A stretch of 64,000 nucleotides of DNA. It comes from Malacoraja senta. Its lineage: Eukaryota. The notes under the pieces were generated by a model. The model was given only the letters and a program-made list of their open reading frames with translations, was not told the origin of the DNA and ran no database searches. Made by a program: the position numbers and the translations under genes. Below, piece by piece: positions 63,625-64,000 of the stretch. The stretch covers positions 9,240,001 to 9,304,000 of the forward strand of contig CM075989.1 in NCBI GenBank assembly GCA_038087875.1, given 5' to 3'. Within the stretch, counting starts at the first letter, position 1, and each line of letters starts with the position of its first letter.

Positions 63625-63860
63625 AAGTGGAATGCCATTACTAATATCCTCAAATCGATATTGGATGTTAACAAAAGATCACCCAAGCAATAGAGCAATG
63701 TTTGAAGACGTGTCAGACGAAGAAGAACAAGTGTCTAAAGAAGGATCCCAACCTGAGATGCCACCTATCCATGTTCTCCAGAGATTCTGGCTGACCTACT
63801 GAGTTACTCCAGCACTTTGTGCTTTCTTTTGTACACCAGCATCAACAGTTCCTTGTTTCT
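63625..63860 (+). mobile_element. Penelope-derived terminal repeat with the same upstream cargo as 29589-29700
   Basis: AAGTGGAATGCCA...AAGATCACCCAAGCAATAGAG..GAAGAACAA, then a degenerate CT(A)AAGAAGG...GAGATGCCACC and the terminal repeat. Confidence 0.72.
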
Positions 63861-64000
63861 AGAGAGCAATGTTTTATTTCTTTTTTTCTGCCTACATTTC
63901 TTTTAGCATTCCTTGGTTGTGTATTTTGTTCTTTCTGCTTTGGTTTCTTTTAGATATTCTTCGTTACTTTACTTTTTTATTTGCACATTTCTTTAGTCAT

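Overview
Eukaryotic, vertebrate, almost entirely intronic/intergenic DNA. The repeat inventory (HE1-type tRNA-derived SINEs with CR1/HER1-like tails, CR1, Rex1/Babar, L2, L1, Penelope-like elements) points to a cartilaginous fish, probably a skate or ray (inference). No intact multi-domain host gene, rRNA, true tRNA or CRISPR array is visible. The only host-gene candidates are a minus-strand 15-nt microexon (14796-14810) and a terminal coding exon with polyA signal (~8790-9104), which I could not identify. Most of the window is nested transposons whose order can be read from target-site duplications (TSDs). A full-length but mutated L1 (15801-26562, 17-bp TSD) sits in a Penelope-derived foldback and is interrupted by a ~4.5-kb Helitron-like composite. 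A long CR1 ORF2 is split by a 3.2-kb hAT element (8-bp TSD). There are two PIF/Harbinger MITEs, a 2414-bp tandem duplication and an L1 3' transduction. The most interesting signals: (1) an intronless RPL17 CDS fragment fused directly to a Gypsy-type integrase tail, PPT and LTR, i.e. apparent mRNA capture by an LTR retrotransposon; (2) many minimal hammerhead-ribozyme cores in Penelope-derived repeats, several as TSD-flanked foldbacks and two carrying the same unidentified cargo; (3) a covarying 3' stem-loop shared by four divergent non-LTR element ends. All calls were made by eye, with no database search.
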